The notes beneath the pieces were generated by a model. It was not told the DNA's origin. It ran no database searches and saw only the letters and a program-made list of their open reading frames with translations. A stretch of 57,955 nucleotides of DNA, counting the filler, from Basidioascus undulatus (Eukaryota): the NCBI GenBank assembly GCA_000826855.1. It is 4 parts of 4 records of this genome, joined end to end, with 100 filler letters (N's around TTAATTAATTAA, not from the genome) between each part and the next. Parts side by side here need not be neighbours in the genome. Positions count along the whole stretch, not along the records: positions 1 to 14,418 come from JTLS01000732.1; 3 more parts are not named here. The stretch is one strand, 5' to 3'. The position numbers and the translations under genes were made by a program. This document shows, one piece after another, positions 1-12,525 of this stretch (its first letter is position 1; every line of letters starts with the position of its first letter).

Positions 1-179
1 GACGGTTTGTGGTGCTTTGTGGGGGGGAGAAGGAGGGGGAAGGAGGAGGGGAGGGATGGGGAGGGGATTATGGGGCTGTTTGAGGTGGAGGATATGTATG
101 GGTTTGAGGAGGTGCGTTCTTTCTGGCTGCAGTCCCCTTTGCCTCCTGCCCGGTGATCGCTTACGGGATGGGGGAGCAG

Positions 180-885
180 GGCCACTACGACCAAGTGATC
201 ACCCTATACCGCGAATGTCCCATCTCCTCCTTGTTGCTCCCCACGGCTCCCTCAGACACTCCTACCCCACCGCCACTCCTCTCAGCACTCTCCAAGATCT
301 TCGCTCTCTTCCCCTCCACCACCACCTCTCCATCTCCCTCATCCTCTTCCCCAACCCCTACTCCCACGATCGACCCCCTCGCCGTCCCCCCGCACCTCCA
401 AGCGCACCTCCTGCATCTCTCCGCGCGCGGCCACATCGGCCGGCACGTCGATAACCTCGGCGCGTCGGGGAGCGTCATCCTCGGCGTCAGTCTGGGCGGG
501 GAGCGCGTCGGGCGGTTCGAGCGCCAGGCTTCGGAGGGAGGGGAGAGGGAGCGGTTCGAGGTCCGGTTGAGGAGCGGGGACGTGTATCTGCAGCGGTGCG
601 TCTGCGTTGGAGGGGAATGTGGGAGGGAGGGAAGGAGAAGCTGATTGGATGAGGCTGTGGTGGCATAGGGACTCGGTAAGGTACGAGTGGGAACACTCGA
701 TCTTGGAGCGGGGGATGTTTGCGGGCGAGGAGGTCGGCGGAGGACAGAGGCTCAGTTTGATGCTGAGGGTACGTGGCTTGTCTTGTATTACTCTGCCTTG
801 TTTCCAAGAAGAACGGGGCTAAGTATGATAGAGCGTGGGCGGGCAGGACTTGCACCCTTCGGGCGCAAGGAGGGGTGGCTTCTGA
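180..885 (+). CDS. AlkB-family 2OG-Fe(II) dioxygenase, ALKBH7-like (5' part lies beyond the contig start)
   Basis: Spliced reading GHYDQVITLYRE...HLLHLSARGHIGRHVDNLGASGSVILGVSLGGER...LRSGDVYLQR / DSVRYEWEHSI...QRLSLMLR / DLHP...TGA. Has HxD, distal His and RxSxxxR motifs. GT-AG introns at about 596-668 and 769-846. Confidence 0.85.
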
Positions 886-1851
886 GCGAATGCATCGTAC
901 TTCTTCGACTGGTCCGAAGACGGTCTTCCTCGCTGACCTGAACGCAACTTCGCGTCGCCCGCGATCTCTGAGCTTCGGCTTTCATCGAATCCTTCGCTCG
1001 TTGATCAAGGCCGTCTCGCGGGGTAATCATCAAACCGAACTCGCACATCGACAGGCAGTAGTCCTCCCGTCTGTGGACTCGGACTCCGTGTTTCCCTCCG
1101 TCCCTACCGCCTTCATCCTGAGCCCCTCTCCACTATCCTGACTGATGAGGGGAAGGAAGGAAGTGCGTGGCGTTGACCGACCTTTCAAGCGTACAGCCCT
1201 TCACTCACCCATGCGGATGGGATACCTAGTTGGCGCTGAGTCTCGACATAAAGGGCGCTTTCGGTCGGCGTCTTTTGGTTGCAACCCAGTTTATTGGTCG
1301 GTTCCATGCCCGAAGGGCATATGCTACTCTATGCTAGATTCGGTCGGCATCGACCGATATGGTTGCGTTCACCAATGGCTGGTCAAGTTGCGGCCGCTCA
1401 GTCGCGCTCGGGTGTTGGCCTCGTCTTCCCGTGTCCGTCGATGGATCTGATACTCTCGATAGTAAATGCGATGCCTTTTGTGGGCTATCGTTTCATTTCT
1501 CAATTTGAAGTCGCACACCGAGCACAAGAGATGGAAAGGTTGGAGGCTTACGCTGCCCTCTCGCCACGCTGCACTATCGCCACCGCTGCGCCCTCGCTTC
1601 GCTTTCATCCACATTTCTAGCCCAGCCGTCACGCAGCACATCACCCAAACTCGCTTTCTGTTCCCGACCTTCGCCATTCACGTTGCGCATGTGGTCGACA
1701 TGCTTGCAAGGGACGGTCGCACCACACACTGACCAGGGCTCTCAATCGTTTGAAATGAGTCGGGAATCATCAGTCCTAGTTTCTTATCGTACAGCGCCCC
1801 CTTCATCTAATCGCATTCTACTCATCGCCGCCCCAACGGCTTCGCATTACC

Positions 1852-4251
1852 TCACTCAAACCGCTGTCCCGGCATCCACGCGAAGTTAGCGCCTACGCTA
1901 TCCTCGCCGTCCTTAACAGACCACGACACACAACTCACCTGCGGCCCAAATAGCGCCACGCTCGCCCGCGCGGCAGTGCGGATCTTTTCCCCCAACACGC
2001 TCTTCCAACTCCGGCGCCTCGACACGCCCGGGCGTTGAACCGCACTCGCGCCTTCCTTCCCCACCGTCACCTCTGAAACAGTCTCCATCCCCTCCTCCTT
2101 CACCCAGCCCTCGAAACCGCCCCTGACGCAGAACGCCTCGACGCCGCGGTGCCGCAGGATGCTCGTCGCAGCACGGGAGGACGAGCCGTCGTAGCAGACG
2201 CACACGACCGTCTTCTTCTTCCCCTGCGCCAGCTGATCCAGCACCGGCGCGGCGTTGAGCGCGCGCCACTGGCGCGCCATCGTCGGCGCGTGGGAGTACG
2301 GGTTGGGCTCGCCGGAGTTGGCTATGTCGAGGTTGACGGCGTTGGGGAGGTGCGCGGAGCGGAAGTCTGCGCGCGTACGGATGTCCAGCACCGTGATGGG
2401 CGACGAGGAAGCGTCGCGCAGCTTCGCGGAAGCGTCGACAGGGTAGAGCTCGTGCGCGTCCAGGTACGGGTAAAGGTCGACGTCGAGCAGCTCGGCGTTG
2501 TGCAGGGGCGGGAAGGCCTCCTTGAGCTTGGCTTTGTACTCCTGCGTAGGGCCAGGCGGAGGGTGTCAATGCGGCTGCGCGAGTGGGAGAATCGGAAACG
2601 GGGAATGAGATGGAGCAAGGGAAACTTCCTACGGACATTGATGTAGATGAAAGGCAAGTCGCAGCACATGAACACGCAGTTGACCTGCCCGTCTTCGCCG
2701 CGGAGGGCGTCGAGCTCGCCCTTCTCCTGTGCGCGCTCGAGGAAGTTGAACAGGCCTTGAAGGTTCTGATAAGATACAGCGTCAGCTTTAGCTTTCTGGA
2801 AACGTCAGGAGGGACAAAGATAAGATAAATTACGAACAAATCCCGAAGAAGGACCCGCAAGGAGGCCGTGTCGCGAGAGCTGCAAGCTCAGGCTGTAAGA
2901 TTCCTTAGAGCCGCACTCTTCGATCGTGTCGACTGTCTCGCGCCAGGGGTACCAGGTGCTGAAAGAGTTCCCTGAACCGTGTCAATGCAAAATAGGAAGT
3001 TATTCAGTGAGGCCGAGACGCACACAGGTTGGAGCATGCTGAGTGCCCGAGGACCCGGGACACGGTCGCCCGCTTGGGTACAGACGCTGTGGAGGAAAGA
3101 TGTATTCAGTATCCGACCCGACATGATGGCAAGAAAAGAGACAACGAGTTTACCCAACGTTGACGATGGAGGGCTTCGACTCTGTTGATTTGGAGTAAAT
3201 GCGGTTAATCAAACCGTGCAAGCCAAGCAGCCGACTGCGACGCACCTTTCAATGCCGACCCTGTCCCGGTCATCGTGCCCGACGTGCCCATGCCCGCGCA
3301 GAAGATATGGACGTCCGGGAGCTGGGCCAAAATCTGCTTAGCGGACCACCGCTTGTGGGCACCCGGGTTCTTTCGATGGAGCAAGATCGTCAGTTGGGCG
3401 CAGTCTGAAACCCTCCCCGAAAGGACTCACGTCGAGGTTCGCATACTGGTCCGGGTTGAACGATCCGGGCTGCCCGCCGCGCTCAGAGGCCTTATAGATA
3501 CCGCCGTGAACATCGGCAGGAAGAGGCTGCGACGGTCCGGCGTGCAGAGTCCTTGAGAGAGGGAGGACGGGAATCAGCAGAGTTCGCACGCTGCGAAGGG
3601 GCAGAGGCAACCGAACAATTCGAGCCCGAAGAAACGGAGGAGGTCGAGCTTCGCGGCCGAGGTCTGAGTATTTCGTTCCCATAAGCGAAATGAACATTTT
3701 GGAATTGGTAGACATATTTCAAATGCACCTTGTTGCTCAGATAAGCCTGCGTGCTCGAAATACCCATGCTGCGGGGAAAGGTCTGTAAACCGCAGTCCCT
3801 CGAAAGGCTGGGTTGTTGGCTCAGGGTCATGTCGGAAATGGATGCCTACAGTCTGGCGATGATGCCGAGGGACATAACGGTGGATCCGCTGCTGTATTCA
3901 ACGATCTCCTTGGTGTTCCCATCAACGACGCCGTCTTCCTGGGCGCGCTGGAGCATGTTGAGCGCAGGAAACGCCTGCGTAAAAAAAAATCGCGTGGATG
4001 CGGAATCAGTGATCAGACGTTGGCTTGCGTACTCGTTCATACGATGTGTAGATGTAGTAGATTCGCACCTTAACGTTGGCAAGAGGGTGCGCCGAATGCA
4101 TTTTGGCATAGATGCGGACCCCGGAGGAAGCGTATGGGTTCAGCGAGGCGGGCAGCTCGACAAGCGGCGTGGGCGGGGCACGATCGGGGTTGATGTAGTC
4201 AAGAACGGCGTTCGAGCCAGAATATACGTTCATAGGATTGTTCGTTACCAT
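1852..4251 (-). CDS. PLP-dependent cysteine-synthase-like enzyme fused to a C-terminal rhodanese domain
   Basis: Exons give PTPLVELP...RIYAKMHSAHPLANVK|AFPA (PLP lysine), EYSSGST, DQYAN, CAGMGTSGTMTG (PLP phosphate loop), GLLAGPSSG and FMCCDLPF, then rhodanese LDIRTRADFRSAHLPNAVNL...VCVCYDGSSSRAATSILRHRGVEAFCVRGG. About 10 GT-AG introns; exact 3' end uncertain. Confidence 0.88.
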
Positions 4252-4903
4252 ATCTTATCGTGTAATGTTGGGACCGTGAAATCGAAGAGGAATAAGGAAG
4301 AGTGAGAAACCGTCGAGCGCAGCCAGGCGTGCTTCCAGCTTTATGAGCAAAAAGCACACAGCCGTTGCACATCCGTGCTGCCGTGCGCTGGTCGCGATCG
4401 CTATCGGACCACAAAAAGGTTTTTGCTGCGCCAAGGGCCAAAGCGGTATCCACCTACAGCAGGAGCTCCCTGGGGTCAGAGCCCGCAAAGGGAACGGTAG
4501 CACGCGATCGGCACATTCGGGCTTGCGTCTCCGCGGACACGCTTGCCCTCGTAGAGCCCATCTATATGCAGCCAAGGGCCGTACGATATCGCTTGAATTG
4601 TTGACAAACCGCAACTGGTGCGGGCCTCAAGCGCCATGCAGCCCTGACTGAAAGGGTGCGTGTACGCTCGTTAGCGCGATGTTGATTGGATTCCGAAGCT
4701 ACGGATCGGTGAGATGCGTTCCGACGACTCCTCCGTTTCAGGTTTCAGCAAGGTCTGCGCCCGTTCTCATCATACTCTGGGCTGATCTTGGCCTTTTCGC
4801 TGGGTGTATATCGAGACGTCGCGCTAGGGTTGGGAATCGTAGCGATCGCCTCTGCATGCAGGTTCATGCGTTCGCTTCTGACCTTGCTTGTTCCTCGTAC
4901 AGA

Positions 4904-7900
4904 ATGTCGAACGGGTCGCCAGCTCATACTCTGAGCCCCTCCACTGCGACCATTGTTGTGCCGACCCACACTTTGGAGCCTTCTCTCGCCACAACTGCGG
5001 TGGAAAAAGAAGGTGCGCTGACCAAGCTGATGGCCTTTTCCTTGCTTCCGAATCATCGCACTCCACTCACGCACCCACCATACGTCCACAGACGCGAACA
5101 CTTTACAAGGTGAGCACGTCACGCCGCCATATCTACGCGCGATGATTGACCCCTTGAATCCCTGCAGACGTCGAAGCCCAGAATGACACGCAGCCGAAGC
5201 TCACCGATCAGACTAACTACCTGCCGCGGCGGAAGATAGTAATGGTGTGTTGCATCAACTTCAGTTCCGTGATTTTGGCTACTCCTGTGCTGAAGTCTTG
5301 TCTAGGTCTTCCTCGCCTGTGCATCGGTGGACTTTCTCGCCCTAATGGACCAAGTGAGATTTGCCAGCTTGGACCTACCTGTTTGTACAAGGCCCGCATC
5401 CACGCCTAGATTGAAATATGGACGCATTCGACAGACCAACGTCGCTGTCGCCTTGACAGCCATAGGGTCTGATCTCGGCGCTGGCAGTCAAGCAAGTTGG
5501 GTCGCCTCAGCATACTTCTTGACCTCAACCTGCTTTCAGGTACGCAGCCGGGTTCTGTATTGGACGAGCCATGCGCTTATTAACTCATTTGAGATGCTTT
5601 CAGCTGCTCTATGGGCGCTTCTCAGGTAAGGAAGAGACCTCATCAACTCAAACTGTGGCTGAAACTGAAAGTGCTTCGCAGACGTTTGGGGCAGGTACAA
5701 CTCCATCCGGCCTAGTTCCGCCTGGCTTCCCTAACTTCCTATTTATGCCCTACAGAAAATTTATCCTACTTGTCGGCCTGGGCATATTCTTCGTTGGGAC
5801 TTTGGCTAGCAGCGTTAGCGCAACGATGCTTCAACTGATCATTTTCCGTGCCTTCAGTGGGTCACTGTTGAATGCTGCCCGCTCTGCGTTCCGGTGCTGA
5901 CGATGACCTCTTACAGCTGGTGTCGGTGGAGGAGGCCTGATGAGCCTTTGCCAGGTTATTGTATCCGATGTTGTTTCCCTACGGGTATGGCTGCAGGTGG
6001 GCTTCTCACCGAAGTGCTGCAGCTGACGCCGTCTGTACAGGAACGCGGGAAGTACCAAGGAATTCTCGGGGCTGTTGTGGCACTTGCCAATGGTGTTGGT
6101 CAGTATACTGGAATACGTCGCGCTACTCCGGCACCTTGGCTCACTGGCATGTCGTTCTGCAGGGCCCGTCATTGGCGGAGCGTTCGCCGCAACCGACTGG
6201 TTGGTCGTCTGACTTTCGGAGGAGATGTCCGGCTGAGCTGATGCGGCGACAGGCGGTGGATCTTCCGTATGAACCTGCCCATCTGCGCGGTAACAACTGC
6301 AATGGTCTGGTGGATCATGCCGTTGAAAAAGGTCGAAGGCCATTGGAAGGAGTCAGTCGTCTACTTGCCACTTCCAGACCGATATTGACCCCGGACATCA
6401 CAGGAAGCTTTTCCGCATTGACTTCGTTGGCGCAGTACTAAGCCTAGCATCAACAACGCTGCTCATTGTGAGCCTGACTTGGCTTTTTACGTTGCGCACC
6501 TGCGAACCTAGAGGCTGATCCTACCCGTAGCTGGGACTTACATGGTACGTATATGTTCCCTCAACTCGTGAGGACAAGCTCTCAAGACGATCACCAGGGC
6601 GGGCGCCCAGTACACCTGGGACTCGACCCACGTCCTGTGCACGCTGCTCATCGGGGTTGCGCTCGCCGTGGCGTTCTGCTTGTGGCAATGGAAGGGCGCT
6701 ACACTGCCTATCATGCCCTGTACGCCCCAAGTAATAGCTTGATCTTTTCGGTGGCTTAATATTCCCTCGATGCAGTGTACATATTCAAGGTCTGCTTCAT
6801 ATCCCGAAGGCCAGGCCTACGCAGCTGACTCCGGCATCGCTTCGCAGTCCCGAATGGTCAACGGCGCTTGCCTTACCATGTCAATTAACGGCTTTTGCTT
6901 TCTTGTGCAGATCTTCTACTTGCCAAACTTTGTACGTGCTTGGGTGTTTTCCGTTGAACTCTTTGCTGACCGTCTTCCCCGTAGTACCAACTTGCTTACG
7001 GCTACAGCGCTGTCAAGAGCGGTGCCTTGCTCCTACCGCTTGTACTTGTTCAGAGTGCGTACGATTTGCTTTAGACTTACATTGTTACTTACAACAACCT
7101 CGTCTGCAGCGTTCATGAGCACCCTGTCCGGCCTTGTTGTAACCTGGCTCGGACGGTATCGCGTGAGTACATTCTCAAATCGCCGCCGGAAGAAAAGACC
7201 ATTGAGACATCCGTCGCAAACATCAGGAGATCATCCTTCTGGGATGGGCTTGCTGGGCGACGGGTCTCGGTCTGCTGTCCACGCTTAATGAATCCTCGTC
7301 ACTCGCAAAGCAGATTGGGTACTCGATCTTTACCGGTATGTCCCAATATCGAGTTTTTTCCGGTCATGGCTAACGCTCGTCGCAGGCTTCGGCGTCGGCA
7401 TGACCCTGCAAGCGTAAGTCCAATAATTATGGTGAGCAGTTGCAATCAACGTTCACCTCACTGTACTCCCGCAGGTCCCTTGTCGCAATTCAAGCTGCAG
7501 TGCCGCGAAGCGATATGGCTGTCGTCACCTCGACTCGAAAGCAAGTTGCGAGGTCGCGTATCCCCATGGAATGATGGACACTCATTATTTTTCCGACCAC
7601 ATACAGCTTCGTGCGCAATCTCGGTGGTACCCTTGGACTCGCCATCGCCGGTTCCATCTTGTAAGGCACACTCAGCAGATCTTGTTCTTGTCCCCTCAAC
7701 TTACAGTCGCCCAGGAACAATCTTCTGCGCTCTTCCCTGGCCGCTGTCGGAGTCTCCAACGCCATCATCCGCGCCGTGCAGGATGATCCGGGCAAGGCGC
7801 GCGACATGCTCGACGACGCGACCCGGGCCGCGGTCATCGCCGGATACAAGCGAGGCTTTCGAGCTATCTTCGTTACCTGCAGCGGTCTTGCAGGCTTGGC

Positions 7901-8054
7901 GTTCTTCATCGCGCTGTTCCTCATGCCACAGATTAGTTTGGATCGGAAAGACGACGCGCAGCTGAAGGCAGAATCCAAGGCCTGGCTGGCACAGCAGAAG
8001 GAGGCAAAGCGGGCGAAGCGTGGGGAAGCTGAGGCGAAGAATGAGGCGGCATAG
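4904..8054 (+). CDS. MFS drug:H+ antiporter-type transporter (DHA2/14-TM-like)
   Basis: Exon peptides DFLALMDQTNVAVALTAIGSDL, WVASAYFLTSTCFQ, LLYGRFS, QLIIFRAFS, GVGGGGLMSLCQVIVSDVV, ERGKYQGILGA, GPVIGGAF, WIFRMNLP, STRNFVRNLGGTLGLAIAG. More than 20 short introns including a GC-AG intron at about 7541-7606. Confidence 0.92.
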
Positions 8055-9566
8055 ATTTAAAGGATATATACAGTTTTGTTGTTGGAAGTCACAAGAGTGC
8101 GAGTGGTTTGTCCTGGCGTGGTCCGACTGTATGTGTTTCTGACAAGCGCCTCATCTCCGTGGACGATCTAACGATCTACCTATGGACTTGCAAAAGTCCC
8201 GAGAAGGTCTCTTCTTACTCAGGAGGATACATTCAGCTTTCAATTGAGTTCATTCCCAACAAATAACACCATTTTGTTAGTGGAACAGCGTCACAGCTAG
8301 AAAAGGCGCTCACTGGAGGACTGGACGAGTCTGACTCGCAGTTGAAACGCACCCATATGAGCCTTGATAGCAGAAGAAATGATATCGGTTCTGGCTAGGT
8401 CCAGCGTACCCGGAAAGTATCAGCTAGTTGCTCTTCTTAAAGTGTAGAGGTCCTTCCGGACTGCTTGCGAGCGAGATGCACCGACTTCGATAGCGTTTGC
8501 TGGAGAGGACGGGTAAAGAGTTTCTTACGTTAACAACATCAGTCGGTGAAAATGACACAAATCCAGAGGGGCGGCAACCTGCATGTACAGTTCGGATTGG
8601 TGTCTTCGCACTGATCCGCTGCGGCGAGCGGTGTACCGGGATTGTCACTGCAAGTTGCACACTCCCGATCGAGCTCCGTCCTCTCCGGACAGTAGAGTTT
8701 TCGTCCGTCACCTACAGGGTCAGTGCCTCTTCTTGGCACTCGCGACAGAATGTTGGATGCTGCTGTAAATCTGCTGCGAAGACCGCACATTCTCTGCACT
8801 GCGAAGCCACGGCAATACGCCTCCCGCCGCACAGGGTCGAGCCTGCGTGACCTTCGCGGTCGGACGTAGGTACACAGTCGCCGCTCTCCGTAGTTTAATC
8901 GTCCCACGTTCATAACGGACTTCATGGTCTGACAAGCACAGTGAAGTAAACACCTCTCACGTGCGCGGTATGTTGCCGCGCGAGTTGCGTCCGCATCTCA
9001 TCCGAGGTCGAGGAGGTTCGAGGCTCCCGAGGGTCTGCACAGCTTTGTCCTGAACTTCGCTGTATTCCCTTCTTATGCATCCGCAATGGAGCAGCCATCG
9101 GGCCTTCAAAATGCAGGGCAGCAGCAGACCGACGATACGCGTCCGGCTGTGTCGGTTAAAGAATCATGTGCCAGCGCCAGAGAGGACTGACAACAGCCTA
9201 GCGCGATTCCGCGATCTCGCCTGTCCGCAGTCGAGCTGAGGTTGTGGTTCGCCCAAGTCTTGTATAACGGTTATTCTCGGTCCATTGCCATCCACGTCAC
9301 TTTGCATTGGCATACACTACAATGCGGGCTGGGCGGAAAGGCTCGGCAGGTGGTGCAGGGCTCATTTAAAGCCTCGCTTGCGGATCTTGTTTCCCTTCCT
9401 GCTTTCCCTGTTTCTCCTCTTTCGGACCCCTCCTCCTGGTGCCTTACCTCACTCCAACCAAAGCGGAACCGCAGCGTTCCGTTTCCGGTCTCCTCCTTCC
9501 GCCCATATCTTCCGCCCCTCTCTCTTCCCATCGTCGCGACACCCTTCCCTCGTCTTCGCATCGCTC

Positions 9567-11585
9567 ATGAAGTCGGCCACTGCTCTGCTCGCAGCTGTGG
9601 TTCTTCCCGCCGTGTTCGGTGCTGCATTGCCGAAGCGCCAACTGGGGAGCGTAATCCGTGGTGTAAACATCGGTGGATTCCTGCTAATGGAGGTGCGTTT
9701 CGCAACATATCTGGACTGGGCGCGGGGCTCGTTCTGAAACGCTGTGAGGGCTCCCCAGCCATGGATAACCCCCTCAATATTCGACAACACGGGTAATCCG
9801 GCTGTGGTGGATGAATGGACGTTTGGTCAATATGTGGACCGAGGCCAGGCAGAAGTACGTCGCTCTCCCAGCGTGTTTTGTTTTGGTTGACAGCGAGCTG
9901 ATACCCCTCCTCACAGGCGGTCCTCGACCAACACCTCAACACCTTCTACACCGCCGCCGATTTTGCAGCGATCAAGGCCGCAGGGCTCACACATGTCCGA
10001 ATTCCTGTACCGTACTGGCAAGTCGATGATGGCTCCTTCCTTTTAATATCTGCGCTAGAGGCCGGAACCTGATACATCCGCTCTTATTCCAGGGCTTATG
10101 ACGTTGGATCCGGCGAGCCGTACATCCAGGGCAACCGAGTAAACAAGCTCAAGGAAGCGGTCGGGTGGGCGCGGGACGTAGGTTGTCTCGTCCTCGACTG
10201 CGCTGCTGCCGTGTTGCTGAATCGGTCCGGGGACAGAACGGCCTCAAGGTCTGGCTGGACCTTCACGGACTCCCTGGTTCTCAAAATGGGTTCGACAACA
10301 GGTACGCAAAAATAACTGATTACTCCACTTGATATTTGGCTCACTCTCTCCCGCCCGTGTGTAGCGGTCGTATCGGCGAAGCGACCTGGCACACTCAGCA
10401 GTCCAACATCGATCGCTCCCTCGCGGTCATCTCCCGACTTGCGGACGAGTTCAGCAATTCGGTGTACGGCGGGGCTGTAGAGAGTGGGTTCCTTCATTCA
10501 AACCCTCATTTGTTCCTTTTGGGTTATTGACGCAAAAGCCGTGCTGTACAGCCATCGAGCTAGTCAACGAGCCTGCCGGGTTCCGCTCTCCGGAAATTGA
10601 CCCGATTACCCGCCAATATTACCAGAACGGTTATAACGGTTCGTGCCCTCTGTATGGGCGTTGTTTCTTATACTGATATCAGTCTTACGCTTTTAGTGAT
10701 CAACAACCGGTTCGCGACGGCGATCGCGGATCTGTTCGAGCCGATCGACAACTTCAACGGCTTCATGACGCCGCCCCAGTACCGCGACGTATACCTCGAC
10801 GCTCATCGCTACCAGGTCTTCAGCTCCCCGGAGCTCGCTCGGTCAGACCAGCAGCACTTCCAGGTACGTATCCGCCCCAAACGCTGTCGCTCGATCCCTT
10901 GAATGTTGCGGCTTACTATTGATATGAGCTTGCACAGACGGCCTGCGCCGAAGCTAGTAACCTCGCTGCCAACAACCAGCACTGGGTGGTGTTCGGCGAG
11001 GTCAGTCTCTCAGTGCTTTACCGGCTGGGTTGCCTATCAGACCACTCACCCGTTGTATCTTCCCCTTGTACTTGCAGTGGACCCTGGCCAAGACCGACTG
11101 CGCTCGATACCTCAACGGCCGCGGCATCGGCGCTCGTTGGGTCAGTCTTTCGGCCCCTCCCGTTCACCCTCCTGCTGCCTCCTGAACTAGTACTATCTGA
11201 GTAGGACGGAACCTACCCGGGCTCTTACTACATCGACTCTTGCGCTCCGTATACCGGCAACGGCGACAACTTCAGCGACGAGTACAAGGCCTTCCTCCGT
11301 CAATACTTTGAGGCGCAAACGAGCACTTGGGAGCAGGGCCGGGGATGGTTCTTGTGAGTTTTCCCAATCCCTGAAACGCAAGCGGGCTACGTAACTGACG
11401 GTACCTTGATCACGCAGCTGGACGTGGAAGAACGAGGAGGCAGCGGAGGTAAGCTAGGACGCTGTCCGGTTGATCAGTTTGGCTGATGTTTTTGCGACGA
11501 ACAGTGGAGCTACAGTCGCGGTCTTGAGCTTGGTTTCATCCCTCGCAACCCGGCCGAGCGCCAGTACCCGAACGTTTGTGGTTGA
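9567..11585 (+). CDS. Secreted glycoside hydrolase family 5 exo-beta-1,3-glucanase (Exg1-like)
   Basis: Signal peptide [18 protein letters not shown] and Kex2-like KR, then [61 protein letters not shown] (acid/base), [14 protein letters not shown] (nucleophile), GWFFWTWK. GC-AG intron at 10018-10092. Confidence 0.93.
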
Positions 11586-11763
11586 GGTTCCATTCGCATT
11601 CAACCATCTCTCACCTAGTGTAGCATATCATGATTTACGCATCGTCGCATATACAAGCACGCGCAATAATACGATTATGTACAGGGCGTATTATCTTAAA
11701 GACACTATAATGATTTCACGTTCTCTATACTATGGCTCTGACTGTGAACGGGAGCCAAAAAGA

Positions 11764-11915
11764 GGCAGAGGGCCTGGCTACCCGAGCTGGCCGACGCGAG
11801 CGGGCTTACAACCTATCAGAGAGAGTGATTGAGTGGATGACTAGGCCACTTAACCACTAGATTCCAATAGGTTAAGAGCCCACTCGCGATGTACAGACCG
11901 GGCAGTACCACTGCC
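11764..11915. repeat. Nested imperfect inverted repeats forming a ~150 nt rod-like foldback (candidate structured RNA or foldback element)
   Basis: Arms 11795-11816 / 11867-11888, inner arms 11824-11836 / 11846-11858, outer arms 11778-11784 / 11899-11905 and 11764-11768 / 11911-11915. Confidence 0.65.
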
Positions 11916-12525
11916 ACGTTCGCGCACAATACCGTTGAGACATTCAACCGCTGCGTGTCCGCCGTGACTTTCACAACACGAGGCGCCGAAGCCAAGGCCT
12001 GGGATCGAAAATGTCCTTAATAAACAGTCGGTTAATGGCTTTGAAGAAGTTCATCAGCCTACAGAAAATGCCGCGGCGCAAGCCTTGCCCGCTAGAGGAT
12101 CTCCGGCGACGAGGAAGTACTCGTCCTTCAATTGGACAGTAATAGGATTGTCCTGGTGGCACACATGAATTGAAGAAAAAGATTAAAAAGGAATACATTG
12201 TCCAGTTGGTGCGTGGGGGTGTGAGTTAAGAGGTCACGTGCTACAAGCATGGCCAGCGCTTTACTGGCGACTTTCATGGAAAACTTGCGCGGGCTTCGGC
12301 TCCCTTTCTAACGTTCGAACCGCCGTGCCGCCAATGAGGTACATAATATTCAACTTTTTGCTGTATTTTTCAATTTCTTTTGGCACACACACATATTGCC
12401 GAGGTCCACTTCAACACCTTCAATAAGCGACCTCGGGCTGAGAAGTTTGACATGCGGGCACCCGGCGCGTTAAGTACCGTCGCCATCCGAGCGTCTTCTT
12501 GTCTTTCTTCGACCTCCCCGCTACG

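Noticed and set aside
7541..10092. GC-AG introns in the MFS and GH5 genes
   Set aside because: Real but ordinary minor variants of U2 introns.
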